A DNA stretch of 64,000 nucleotides from an uncultured Actinomycetes bacterium. GTDB lineage: Bacteria > Actinomycetota > Thermoleophilia > Solirubrobacterales > 70-9. The notes under the pieces are model-generated. The model did no database searches. It was given only the letters and a program-made list of their open reading frames with translations, and was not told where the DNA came from. Shown here piece after piece: positions 55,966 to 64,000 of this stretch (position 1 is the first letter of the stretch; each line of letters opens with the position of its first letter). Position numbers and translations under genes: made by a program. The stretch is from positions 184,949-248,948 of the forward strand of contig CAVXNN010000001.1 in assembly GCA_963763265.1 (NCBI GenBank), written 5' to 3'.

Positions 55966-57483
55966 TCAGGTCCGCATCGCCGGAAAGAGCAGCACTTCGC
56001 GCAGGCTCTGGGCGCCGGTGAGCATCATCACCAGGCGGTCGATACCGAGCCCCACGCCGCCGGTCGGCGGCATCCCCTGTTCGAGCGCCTCGACGAACGC
56101 CTCGTCGTAGGGCTGGGCCTCGTCGTCGCCGCGGGCGATCTCGGCCGCCTGCTGCTCGAAGCGCCGGCGCTGCTCGTCGGGGTCGTTCAGCTCGGTGAAG
56201 GAGTTGGCGATCTCCACCCCCCCTACGAAGGCCTCCCAGCGCTCGACCAGGCCTGGCTCGGAGCGGTGCGCCTTGGCGAACGGAGACAGCTCGACCGGGT
56301 AGTCGAGGATGAAGGTCGGCTGGATCAGCCCCGGCTCGACGTCGCGCGAGAGCAGGCCGTCGACCAGCTTGCCCCACCCCTCGTTCGGGTCGGGCTCGGT
56401 GCCCATCGCCCGGGCCAGCGCCTCGCGGGTCGGGTGCTCGGCGATGTCGATCCCGGAGCGCTCGAGGATCGCCTGGCGCAGGGTTATCCGCCGCCAGGGC
56501 GGGGCGAGGTCGATCTTCGTCTCGCCGCGCTCGACCACCGTCGTCCCCAGCGTCCGCTCGGCCACTTCGGCGACCAGCCGCTCGAGGTCATGGGCGGTCT
56601 TCTCGTAGTCGGCGTAGGCCTCGTACCACTCGAGCATCGTGAACTCGGGGTTGTGCTTGTGGGAGACGCCCTCGTTGCGGAAGTCCTTGCCGAGCTCGTA
56701 GACCCGGTCGATGCCGCCGACGACCAGCCGCTTCAGGTAGAGCTCGGTGGCGATCCGCAGGTAGAGGTCGCGGTCGAGGGCGTTGTGATGGGTGGTGAAG
56801 GGGCGGGCCAGGGCGCCGCCGTAGAGCGGCTGCAGCACCGGCGTCTCGACCTCGACGAACCCCAGCTCGTCGAGCCGCCGGCGAACCTCGGTGATCGTCC
56901 GGGCGCGGATCGCGAAGAGCCGCCGGCTCTCCTCGTTGGCGATCAGGTCGAGCTCGCGGCGGCGGAAGCGGGTCTCGGTGTCCTCGAGCCCGTGGAACTT
57001 GTCCGGCGGCGGGCGCAGGCTCTTGGCGAGCAGCCGCCAGTGGTCGATCGCCAGGGAGAGCTCTCCCCCGCGCCGGGTCGCCATCGCGGTCCCCTCGACG
57101 CCGATGATGTCACCGATGTCGAGGTCGACCAGCAGCGCGTAGGCCTCCGGCCCGAGCAGGTCCTCGCGGGCGTGCAGCTGGATCCGGCCGCTGCCGTCGC
57201 GGAGATCGAGGAAGCAGGCCTTGCCGTGCCCGCGCCGGGCGGCGATCCGCCCCGCCACCCGGTGCCTGGACTCGGTTTCCGCGCCCGCCGCCAGCCCCTC
57301 GTGCTCGGCCCGAACCTCGCCGATCTCCTCCCGATCGGAAAACTCGTGCGGAAACGGCTCGATCCCCGCCTCCCGAATCCGCCCCAGCTTCTCCCGGCGG
57401 TCCTTGAGGACCGCGGACAGCTCGACCTGATCGGCGGCGGGGTTAGCTTTCTCGGTCAACGTTCTGAGAGGGTCTAGAGACAA
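55966..57483 (-). CDS. lysS: lysine--tRNA ligase (class II)
   Basis: 505 aa with an OB anticodon-binding N-domain and class II motifs (FRNEGVSHKHNPEFTMLE, GGVGLGIDRLVM). Confidence 0.92.
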   Translation of the reverse strand: MSLDPLRTLTEKANPAADQVELSAVLKDRREKLGRIREAGIEPFPHEFSDREEIGEVRAEHEGLAAGAETESRHRVAGRIAARRGHGKACFLDLRDGSGRIQLHAREDLLGPEAYALLVDLDIGDIIGVEGTAMATRRGGELSLAIDHWRLLAKSLRPPPDKFHGLEDTETRFRRRELDLIANEESRRLFAIRARTITEVRRRLDELGFVEVETPVLQPLYGGALARPFTTHHNALDRDLYLRIATELYLKRLVVGGIDRVYELGKDFRNEGVSHKHNPEFTMLEWYEAYADYEKTAHDLERLVAEVAERTLGTTVVERGETKIDLAPPWRRITLRQAILERSGIDIAEHPTREALARAMGTEPDPNEGWGKLVDGLLSRDVEPGLIQPTFILDYPVELSPFAKAHRSEPGLVERWEAFVGGVEIANSFTELNDPDEQRRRFEQQAAEIARGDDEAQPYDEAFVEALEQGMPPTGGVGLGIDRLVMMLTGAQSLREVLLFPAMRT

Positions 57484-57586
57484 GCAGTTCGGGGGATGCA
57501 GGCCGGAGCCGCAAGCGAGCGTACCCCAGTACGTGAGCGCCGCGGCGAGGACCGAAGACCCCGAAATGCGCCGTCTATAGGCCCTC

Positions 57587-58075
57587 TCAGGGTTGCTCGA
57601 TTTTCGTGATTTTGAGCTTTTTCTTCGCCCCGCGCGGCGGTTCGACGGTGACGATGTCGTTGCGCTTCCTGCCGATCAGCGCCTTGCCGATCGGGGACTC
57701 GTTGGAGAGCTTGTGCTCGCTCGGGTTCGCCTCGGTGGAGCCGACGATCTGGAATTTCTGCGAGTCGCCGGATTTCTGGTCTTTGACGTGGACGATCGAG
57801 CCGAAGCCGACTTCGTCGGTGGCGATCGCGTCCTCGTCGATCACCTTGGTGCGGCGCAGGCGCTCTTCCAGCTGGACGATCCGGTTCTCGAGCAGAGCCT
57901 GTTCGTTCTTCGCGTCGTCATATTCGGCGTTCTCCGAGATATCGCCGAATTCTCGAGCCTCCTTGATCCGCGCGGCGACCTCGCGGCGTTTGGTGGTCGT
58001 GAGGAACTCGATCTCCTCTTTCAGCTTTTCGAGCCCCTCGGAGGTGATGACTGCCTGGCGACTCACTTGAACCAA
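57587..58075 (-). CDS. greA: transcription elongation factor GreA
   Basis: 162 aa with the coiled-coil N-domain (ITSEGLEKLKEEIEFL...AREFGDISENAEYDDAK) and a C-terminal FKBP-like domain. Confidence 0.9.
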   Translation of the reverse strand: MVQVSRQAVITSEGLEKLKEEIEFLTTTKRREVAARIKEAREFGDISENAEYDDAKNEQALLENRIVQLEERLRRTKVIDEDAIATDEVGFGSIVHVKDQKSGDSQKFQIVGSTEANPSEHKLSNESPIGKALIGRKRNDIVTVEPPRGAKKKLKITKIEQP

Positions 58076-58217
58076 CCTCGCTTTGCGTGAAAAGAGCCCC
58101 CCGCAAGGGACTCTGAGACCAAGAAAACCCCGGAAACGACACGTCCTGCCACCGCTGCGCCCGGATCTAGGGAGCGCGCAAGTATAGCGAGGCGTTTTCG
58201 GCGGGCCGGACGGCCGT

Positions 58218-59213
58218 TCAGACGACCGATTCCGGGGTCCGAGCGGCCTCGATCAACTCCCTGGCGCGGGCCAGATCGGCGCTGCGCAACAGCTCCTCGG
58301 CAACCGCCTTCGAAGCGCCGATACCATCAGAGTACCAAGGGTAAAATTTCCTCAGGTATCGCTCGGCGCGCTCGCGGCCGAGGTGCTCTTCGGCCCGGTC
58401 GAGCACCCAGAGGAGCTCACCGACCACCTCCTCGCGGGTCGGCGGCCCGCTGCGCCGCCCGGTCAGCTCCTCGAAGACCCACGGGTTGCCGAGGCTGCCG
58501 CGGGCGATCATCACCGCGTCGGCGCCCGACTCCTCGTAGGCACGGCGGGCGGCGGCGGCGCTGGAGAGGCCGCCGGAGACGATCAGCGGGACCTCCAGCC
58601 GTTCGGCCAGCTCGCGGGTGAGCGCGTAGTCGGGCTGCCCCTTGTGGCCTTTGGTGGCGGGGCGCGGGTGGAAGCCGACCGCCGCCACGCCCGCCTCCTC
58701 GGCGAGGCGCAGCGCCAGGTCGAAGCCGGAGCGGTCGCCCGCCTCGACCCCGGAGCGCAGCTTTACCGTGACCGGCAGCCCGCTCCCCTCGCGGGCGGCG
58801 CGGGCGAGGTCCAGGGCCAGCTCCGGGTCGCGCAGCAGCTGCACCCCGGCGCCGGTCTTGCGCACCTTCGGCACCGGGCAGCCCATGTTGATGTCGATCA
58901 GGTCGGCGCCCGCGCCGGCGGCGATCGCGGCGCCCGAGCGCATCACCTCGGCGTCGTGGCCGAACAGCTGGATCGAGACGGGGTGCTCGTCCGGGTGGAG
59001 GACGAGCAGGTCACGCAGGGTGCGCTCGTTGCGGTAGTGGAGGGCGAAGCTCGAGATCATCTCCGAGACCGCCAGCCCGGCGCCGTGGCGTTTGGCCTGC
59101 AGACGGACGAACCAGTTGCCGATCCCGGCCAGCGGCGCGAGCAGCACCCGGTTGGCGATCGGCACGCCGCCGATCTCGAACGGGTCGGTGAGGTCAGGTC
59201 GCGTTGCGCTCAT
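58218..59213 (-). CDS. dusB: tRNA-dihydrouridine synthase
   Basis: 331 aa with LAPLAGIGN, DINMGCPVPKV and a TIM-barrel Dus pattern. Confidence 0.88.
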   Translation of the reverse strand: MSATRPDLTDPFEIGGVPIANRVLLAPLAGIGNWFVRLQAKRHGAGLAVSEMISSFALHYRNERTLRDLLVLHPDEHPVSIQLFGHDAEVMRSGAAIAAGAGADLIDINMGCPVPKVRKTGAGVQLLRDPELALDLARAAREGSGLPVTVKLRSGVEAGDRSGFDLALRLAEEAGVAAVGFHPRPATKGHKGQPDYALTRELAERLEVPLIVSGGLSSAAAARRAYEESGADAVMIARGSLGNPWVFEELTGRRSGPPTREEVVGELLWVLDRAEEHLGRERAERYLRKFYPWYSDGIGASKAVAEELLRSADLARARELIEAARTPESVV

Positions 59214-59964
59214 GGAGGAGGCGGAGGCCCTTCAAGGTGAGCAGGTCGTCGACCTCCTCGATCGTCTCGCTGAAGGGGACGATCGCCGGGGCCAGGCCGC
59301 CGGTCGCCAGCAACCGCGGCTGCGGCAGTTCGGCTTCGATCCGCCGCACGATCCCGTCGATCATCCCGGCGAAGCCGAAGATGAAGCCGGAGTTGATCGC
59401 GGCGCGGCTGGAGCGGCCGATCGCCGACTCCGGCTCGTCGAGGTCGATGCGGGTGATCCGCGCGGCACGGTCGATCAGCGCGGTCAGCGAGATCTCCAGG
59501 CCGGGGCCGATCGCGCCGCCGAGGTAGGCGCCGTCGGCGGAGACGGCGTCGATGTTGATCCCGGTGCCGAAGTCGACGACCACGCAGGCCGCGCCGAAGC
59601 GCTCGTAGGCGGCGATCGCGTTGACGAGGCGGTCGGCGCCGACCTCGAGCGGGTTCTCGATCCGGATCGGCATGCCGCTCTTGACGCCGGGGCCGACCGT
59701 CAGGCAGTCGGCCTCCAGGTAGCGCTCGGTCATCCGCTCGAACTGGGTGCCGAGCGGCGGCACCACCGAGGAGACGACGACCGAGTCGACGTCGCCGAAA
59801 TTCAGCTCGCTGAGGTTGAAGAAACCGGCGATCCGCTCCCCCAGCTCGTCGCCGGTCGCGCCGGAGCGGGTCTGGAAGCGCCAGTGCTCGATCAACTCCT
59901 CGCCTTCGAAGGCGCCGAGGTGGGTCTGCGTGTTTCCGATGTCGACGGCGAGCAACATGCGCAT
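59194..59964 (-). CDS. coaX: type III pantothenate kinase
   Basis: 256 aa with MLLAVDIGNTQTHLG, VDFGTG and the C-terminal TGGLA. Confidence 0.9.
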   Translation of the reverse strand: MRMLLAVDIGNTQTHLGAFEGEELIEHWRFQTRSGATGDELGERIAGFFNLSELNFGDVDSVVVSSVVPPLGTQFERMTERYLEADCLTVGPGVKSGMPIRIENPLEVGADRLVNAIAAYERFGAACVVVDFGTGINIDAVSADGAYLGGAIGPGLEISLTALIDRAARITRIDLDEPESAIGRSSRAAINSGFIFGFAGMIDGIVRRIEAELPQPRLLATGGLAPAIVPFSETIEEVDDLLTLKGLRLLHERNAT

Positions 59965-59975
59965 AGGATCGTCTC

Positions 59976-60719
59976 ATGGCGGCACGCCTCTTCGTCATCC
60001 CGGCCTCCCATCCCGCGACCACCGCGGCGCTGATGCTGGACTTCAAGGGCATCGCCTACAAGCGCACCGACCTGATGCCGGTGATCTCCAAGGGCGTCCT
60101 GCGGGCGGCGGGCTTCCCGGGCACGACCGTGCCGGCGCTGAAGCTCGGCGACGAGCGGGTGCAGGGCTCGCGGGAGATCGCCCGCGCCCTCGACCGCATC
60201 CAGCCCGACCCGCCCCTCCTCCCCGCCGACCCCGACCGCCGCGCCGCGGTCGAGGACGCCGAGCGCTTCGGCGACGAGGAGCTGCAGCACCCGATCCGCC
60301 AGCTCCTCTGGTGGGGGTTCAAGCACGACAAGGAGAACCTGCGCTCCTACACGCAGGGCGCCCGCCTCGGCATCCCGATCGGCCTCGCGGTGAAGACCGG
60401 CGGCCCGCTCGTCGCCGTCTCGGCCCGCCTCAACGAAGCCGACGACGCCCACGCCCGCGCCGCCCTGATCGCCTTCCCCGACCTCCTCGACCGCGTCGAC
60501 GCCTACATCGCCGACGGCACGATCGGCGGCGAGCAGCCGAACGCCGCCGACTTCCAGATCGCCACCTCGATCGGGCTCGGTCTCACCCTCGACGACCTGA
60601 AGCCGCTGATCGAGCCCCGCCCGGCCGCCGCCCTGGCCCGCCGGTTCGTCCCGAACTACCCCGGCCACATGCCGCCGGTCTTCCCCCCGGCCTGGCTGCC
60701 GGCGCCGCCGGCGAGTTAG
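59976..60719 (+). CDS. glutathione S-transferase-family (thioredoxin-fold N-domain) protein
   Basis: 247 aa. TVPALKLGDERVQGSREIARALD is a GST N-domain pattern. Confidence 0.6.
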   Translation: MAARLFVIPASHPATTAALMLDFKGIAYKRTDLMPVISKGVLRAAGFPGTTVPALKLGDERVQGSREIARALDRIQPDPPLLPADPDRRAAVEDAERFGDEELQHPIRQLLWWGFKHDKENLRSYTQGARLGIPIGLAVKTGGPLVAVSARLNEADDAHARAALIAFPDLLDRVDAYIADGTIGGEQPNAADFQIATSIGLGLTLDDLKPLIEPRPAAALARRFVPNYPGHMPPVFPPAWLPAPPAS

Positions 60720-60742
60720 GCGATCGAGCCCACCGCGCCGCG

Positions 60743-60779
60743 GTGTTCCTTACTTGCATATAGCGCAAGTAAGGAACAC
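60743..60779. terminator. bidirectional terminator-like perfect hairpin
   Basis: GTGTTCCTTACTTGC-atatagc-GCAAGTAAGGAACAC has a perfect 15-bp stem. It is A/T-rich and lies between a convergent gene pair. Confidence 0.6.
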
Positions 60780-60859
60780 TGCTGCCCCGGGCGCTTGTGT
60801 CGTACCTCGCGCGTCGCGCCTCTCCCGACTCGGACGGGCGGCGGGCGGGGACCGATGCG

Positions 60860-61363
60860 CTACGCGAGCGGGGCGCGGCGCTCGGCGCGCTGCTCGTCGT
60901 CCGGGAGGGCGGCGAGGGAGGCGGCGAGGGAGGTGCCGTCGGGGAGCGTCAGGTCGGGGTCCAGCTCGAGCAGCGGGGCGAGGACGAAGCGGCGGTTGCG
61001 GACCTGGGGGTGCGGCAGGGTGAGGCGGTCGGTCGCCAGCTCGAGGTCGCCGAGCAGGAGCAGGTCGACGTCGAGCGGGCGGGGGCTGTGGCGGGGCAGG
61101 TCGAACCGGCGGCCGCGCTCGGCCTCGACCGCCTTGCAGGCGTCGAGGAGCCCCTCCGGCCCGAGCTCGGTGCGGACCCGCACCGCGGCGTTGAGGAAGT
61201 CCGGCTGGTCGAGGATCTCGCCGACCGGCTCGGTGACGTAGGTCGAGGAGACGGCGAGCACGAAGACGCCCTGGGTGGGGAGTAGCCGCAGGGCGGCACG
61301 CAGGTGGCCCGCGGAGTCGCCGACGTTGGAGCCGAGCCCCAGGTAACCGACCAGCTCGGACAC
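60860..61363 (-). CDS. folK: 2-amino-4-hydroxy-6-hydroxymethyldihydropteridine diphosphokinase
   Basis: 167 aa. GLGSNVGD, RPLDVDLL and LTLPHPQVRNRRFVLAPL are HPPK motifs. Confidence 0.9.
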   Translation of the reverse strand: MSELVGYLGLGSNVGDSAGHLRAALRLLPTQGVFVLAVSSTYVTEPVGEILDQPDFLNAAVRVRTELGPEGLLDACKAVEAERGRRFDLPRHSPRPLDVDLLLLGDLELATDRLTLPHPQVRNRRFVLAPLLELDPDLTLPDGTSLAASLAALPDDEQRAERRAPLA

Positions 61364-61375
61364 CGGGCCGCTCCG

Positions 61376-61834
61376 TCAGTCCTCGGAGGGGTCCTCGTCG
61401 ACCGCGCGCTCCTGGGTGATCTCGACCCCCACCTCCTGGATCGCCAGCGGCAGCGGCGGCTCCGGCTTGGCGGCGCGGACGCGGACCGACTCGCAGCCGT
61501 AGCGCTCGATCAGCCGCTCGCCGACCACGTGGGCGAGACGCTCCAGGGTGCGGTAGCTGCGCTCGGTGGCGACGAAGGCGACGATGTCGCAGACCTCGGC
61601 GTAGTCGACGGTGTCCTCGAGCCGATCGGTGAACATCGCGTCGCAATCGGGCACGTCGAAGGAGATGTCGAACTCGAGCCGCTGGCCGACCTCCTGCTCG
61701 GCTTCGCTCACCCCGTGGTGGGTGTAGATCGAGAGGCCGCGCAGCTCGACTTCGGCGCTCGACTCGACGCCGCCGTTGCCGGCGTCGGGGTTCATGTTCG
61801 GCTCCGGGTCTGACACAGGTGGGAACCTACCCAA
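61376..61834 (-). CDS. folB: dihydroneopterin aldolase
   Basis: 152-aa ORF with the FolB core VELRGLSIYTHHGVSEAEQEVGQRLEFDISF. The start may be the internal ATG at 61795. Confidence 0.85.
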   Translation of the reverse strand: MGRFPPVSDPEPNMNPDAGNGGVESSAEVELRGLSIYTHHGVSEAEQEVGQRLEFDISFDVPDCDAMFTDRLEDTVDYAEVCDIVAFVATERSYRTLERLAHVVGERLIERYGCESVRVRAAKPEPPLPLAIQEVGVEITQERAVDEDPSED

Positions 61835-62648
61835 GCGCCTGGCCCGGCGCCGGATCGAGCACCGCGCCCGCCACCGTGAGCGCCTGCGCCATCTCGCGCA
61901 CGTCGTGGACGCGGAGGACGGCGGCGCCGGCCGCCGCGGCGAGGATCGAGGTGGCGATCGTTCCCCCCAACCGCTCGTCGGTCGGCGAGCCGTCGGCGCG
62001 GCCGATGAAGCTCTTGCGCGAGGTGCCGACCAGGACCGGCCGCCCGAGCGCGGTCAGCTCGCCGAGCCCGCGCAGCAGTTCGAAGTTGTGCCGGTCGGTC
62101 TTGCCGAAGCCGATCCCGGGATCGAGCCAGATCCGCGACTCGTCGATCCCCGCCGCCGTGGCCGCCGCCAGGCGCTCGGCGAGGAAGTCGCGGACCTCGG
62201 CGACGACGTCGCCGTAGGCGGGGCTCGCCTGCATCGTCCGCGGGTCGCCCGCCATGTGCATGAGGACGACGCCGGCGCCGCGGTCCGCGCAGAGCGCCGC
62301 CATCTCGGGGTCGCCCCGCAGCGCGGTGACGTCGTTGACGATCGCCGCGCCGGCATCGAGCGCCGCCTCGGCGACCGCCGCCTTGGACGTGTCGACGGAG
62401 ATCACCGCCGCCCCGCCGGCCAGGCCGGCGACCACCGGCCCGACCCGCCGCAGCTCCTCGTCGGCGGCGACCGGCGCCGCGCCGGGCCGCGTCGACTCGC
62501 CTCCCACGTCAAGGATCTCCGCCCCCTCCGCCGCAAGTGCCTTGCCATGCGCGACCGCCGCCCCCGGATCGAGGTACATCCCGCCATCGGAGAACGAGTC
62601 CGGGGTGACGTTCACCACCCCCATGATCTTGGCTTTCATGTGGGGCAT
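61827..62648 (-). CDS. folP: dihydropteroate synthase
   Basis: 273 aa with IMGVVNVTPDSFSDGG, DVGGESTRPG and DPGIGFGK. Confidence 0.92.
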   Translation of the reverse strand: MPHMKAKIMGVVNVTPDSFSDGGMYLDPGAAVAHGKALAAEGAEILDVGGESTRPGAAPVAADEELRRVGPVVAGLAGGAAVISVDTSKAAVAEAALDAGAAIVNDVTALRGDPEMAALCADRGAGVVLMHMAGDPRTMQASPAYGDVVAEVRDFLAERLAAATAAGIDESRIWLDPGIGFGKTDRHNFELLRGLGELTALGRPVLVGTSRKSFIGRADGSPTDERLGGTIATSILAAAAGAAVLRVHDVREMAQALTVAGAVLDPAPGQALG

Positions 62649-62789
62649 CGTGAAGCATGTCCGGCGCCCCTTCCCCGCGGGTGGCGCCGTAGGGGGACCA
62701 TGTCCGAGGAAGCTTCAGCTACCACAGGACATGGGGGTTCCTGCGGCCACAGGACCCGCGGGCCGGGGCGCCAGGTCCTTCAGCGGTCC

Positions 62790-64000
62790 CTAACCCGCGT
62801 CCCCACCCGCAAAGCCCGGTCGCGGGCGCGGAAGAGGACGAGCACCCTCGCGAGCGGCCCGCTCGGGTTCCGGCGCCGGCTCCGCCGGCGGGGTCGACTC
62901 CTCGTCGTCGTGGAAGACCTCGTCCACCGGCTTGCCTTCGAGCAGGGCGACGAACTCCTTGGCCTCGATCGTCTCCCGCTCGAGCAGCAGCTTGCTGATC
63001 CGCTCGAGCTGCTCGAACTTGTCGTTCAGCAGATCCTTGGCGGTCTGGTGGGCGCTCTCGACGATGCGGCGGATCTCGTCGTCGATCTCGCGGGCGATCT
63101 CGTCGGAGTAGTCGGGCTCGGAGGAGAACTCGCGGCCGAGGAACGGCTGGCCGCGATCGTGGCCGAAGACGCGCGGGCCGAGTCGCTCGCTCATCCCGAA
63201 GCGCATCACCATCTGCTTCGCCGACTCGGTGACCTTTTCGAGGTCGTTGGAGGCGCCGGTGGTGATTTCGCCGAAGACGATCTCCTCGGCGGCGCGGCCG
63301 CCCAGGGTCATCGCCATCGTGTCGGTCAGCTCGGCGCGGGTGGTGAGGAACTTGTCCTCGGTCGGCAGGCTGATCGTGTAGCCAAGGGCCTGGCCGCGGC
63401 TGATGATGGAGATCTTGTGGACCGGGTCGGTGTGCTCGAGCAGCTGCCCGACGATCGCGTGGCCGACCTCGTGGTAGGCGGTGACGAGCCGCTCCTTCTC
63501 GCTCATCACCCGGGTCTTCTTCTCGGGGCCGGCGATCACCCGCATGATCCCCTCCTCGAGCTCCTTCATCGAGATCTCGCGGCTGCCCGAGCGGGCGGTC
63601 AGCAGCGCGGCCTCGTTGATCAGGTTGGCGAGGTCGGCGCCGGTGAAGCCGGGCGTCTGGCCGGCCAGCGTGTCGAGGTCGATGTGGCGGGCGAGCGGCT
63701 TGCCGCGGGTGTGGACCTCGAGGATGTGCTTGCGGCCCTTGCGGTCGGGGCGGTCGACGACCACCTGGCGGTCGAAGCGACCGGGCCGCAGCAGCGCCGG
63801 ATCGAGGATGTCCGGGCGGTTGGTGGCGGCGATCAAGATGATGTTGTCCTTCATTTCGAAGCCGTCCATCTCGACCAGCAGCTGGTTGAGCGTCTGCTCG
63901 CGCTCGTCGTGACCGCCGCCCATGCCGGCGCCGCGGTGGCGGCCGACGGCGTCGATCTCGTCCATGAAGATGATGCAGGGCGAGTTCTGCTTCGCCTGCT
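62790..64000 (-). CDS. ftsH: ATP-dependent zinc metalloprotease FtsH (C-terminal part; gene continues past the right edge)
   Basis: The frame stays open to position 64000 (…[20 protein letters not shown]). It has the AAA second region of homology and the HEVGHAIVG zinc motif. Confidence 0.92.
   Translation of the reverse strand, partial: QAKQNSPCIIFMDEIDAVGRHRGAGMGGGHDEREQTLNQLLVEMDGFEMKDNIILIAATNRPDILDPALLRPGRFDRQVVVDRPDRKGRKHILEVHTRGKPLARHIDLDTLAGQTPGFTGADLANLINEAALLTARSGSREISMKELEEGIMRVIAGPEKKTRVMSEKERLVTAYHEVGHAIVGQLLEHTDPVHKISIISRGQALGYTISLPTEDKFLTTRAELTDTMAMTLGGRAAEEIVFGEITTGASNDLEKVTESAKQMVMRFGMSERLGPRVFGHDRGQPFLGREFSSEPDYSDEIAREIDDEIRRIVESAHQTAKDLLNDKFEQLERISKLLLERETIEAKEFVALLEGKPVDEVFHDDEESTPPAEPAPEPERAAREGARPLPRPRPGFAGGDAG

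Overview
High-G+C window, Actinomycetota-like; the lineage is inferred from gene order only. About 50 kb is core chromosome, mostly on the minus strand. It carries a partial glutamate-synthase-like gene, a TolB-like protein and a thrB/ATPase/thrC/hom/lysA cluster. It also carries an M23 peptidase, acyl-CoA dehydrogenase/LLM oxidoreductase/3-hydroxyacyl-CoA dehydrogenase genes, a CNNM transporter and a rhomboid protease. Further on are an ECF sigma/anti-sigma pair and a PlsC-GpsA fusion. A long conserved housekeeping block follows: sigH-like, rlmB, cysS, ispF, ispD, carD, disA, clpC, lysS, greA, dusB, coaX, folK, folB, folP and ftsH, which runs off the right edge. The clearly accessory segment is a ~12.4-kb integrative, probably mobilizable element at 28642-41067. 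It sits in the 3' end of tRNA-Thr(UGU) and is bounded by an exact 38-bp direct repeat. It encodes a tyrosine integrase, an excisionase, a TrwC/MobF relaxase-helicase and an unusual regulatory module: one small ORF plus three tandem XRE paralogues facing a fourth XRE gene. It also carries A/T-richer cargo. The best candidate for an undescribed system is a divergent gene pair in that cargo: a 429-aa protein with a C-terminal HEPN-like Rx4H motif, and a 252-aa single-pass membrane protein. A small toxin-like/DUF2283 pair lies next to them. No rRNA, CRISPR array or IS element was seen. Many long ORFs in the track are antisense shadow ORFs typical of high-G+C DNA and were not called. All product calls rest on motif recognition by eye; no database search was run.
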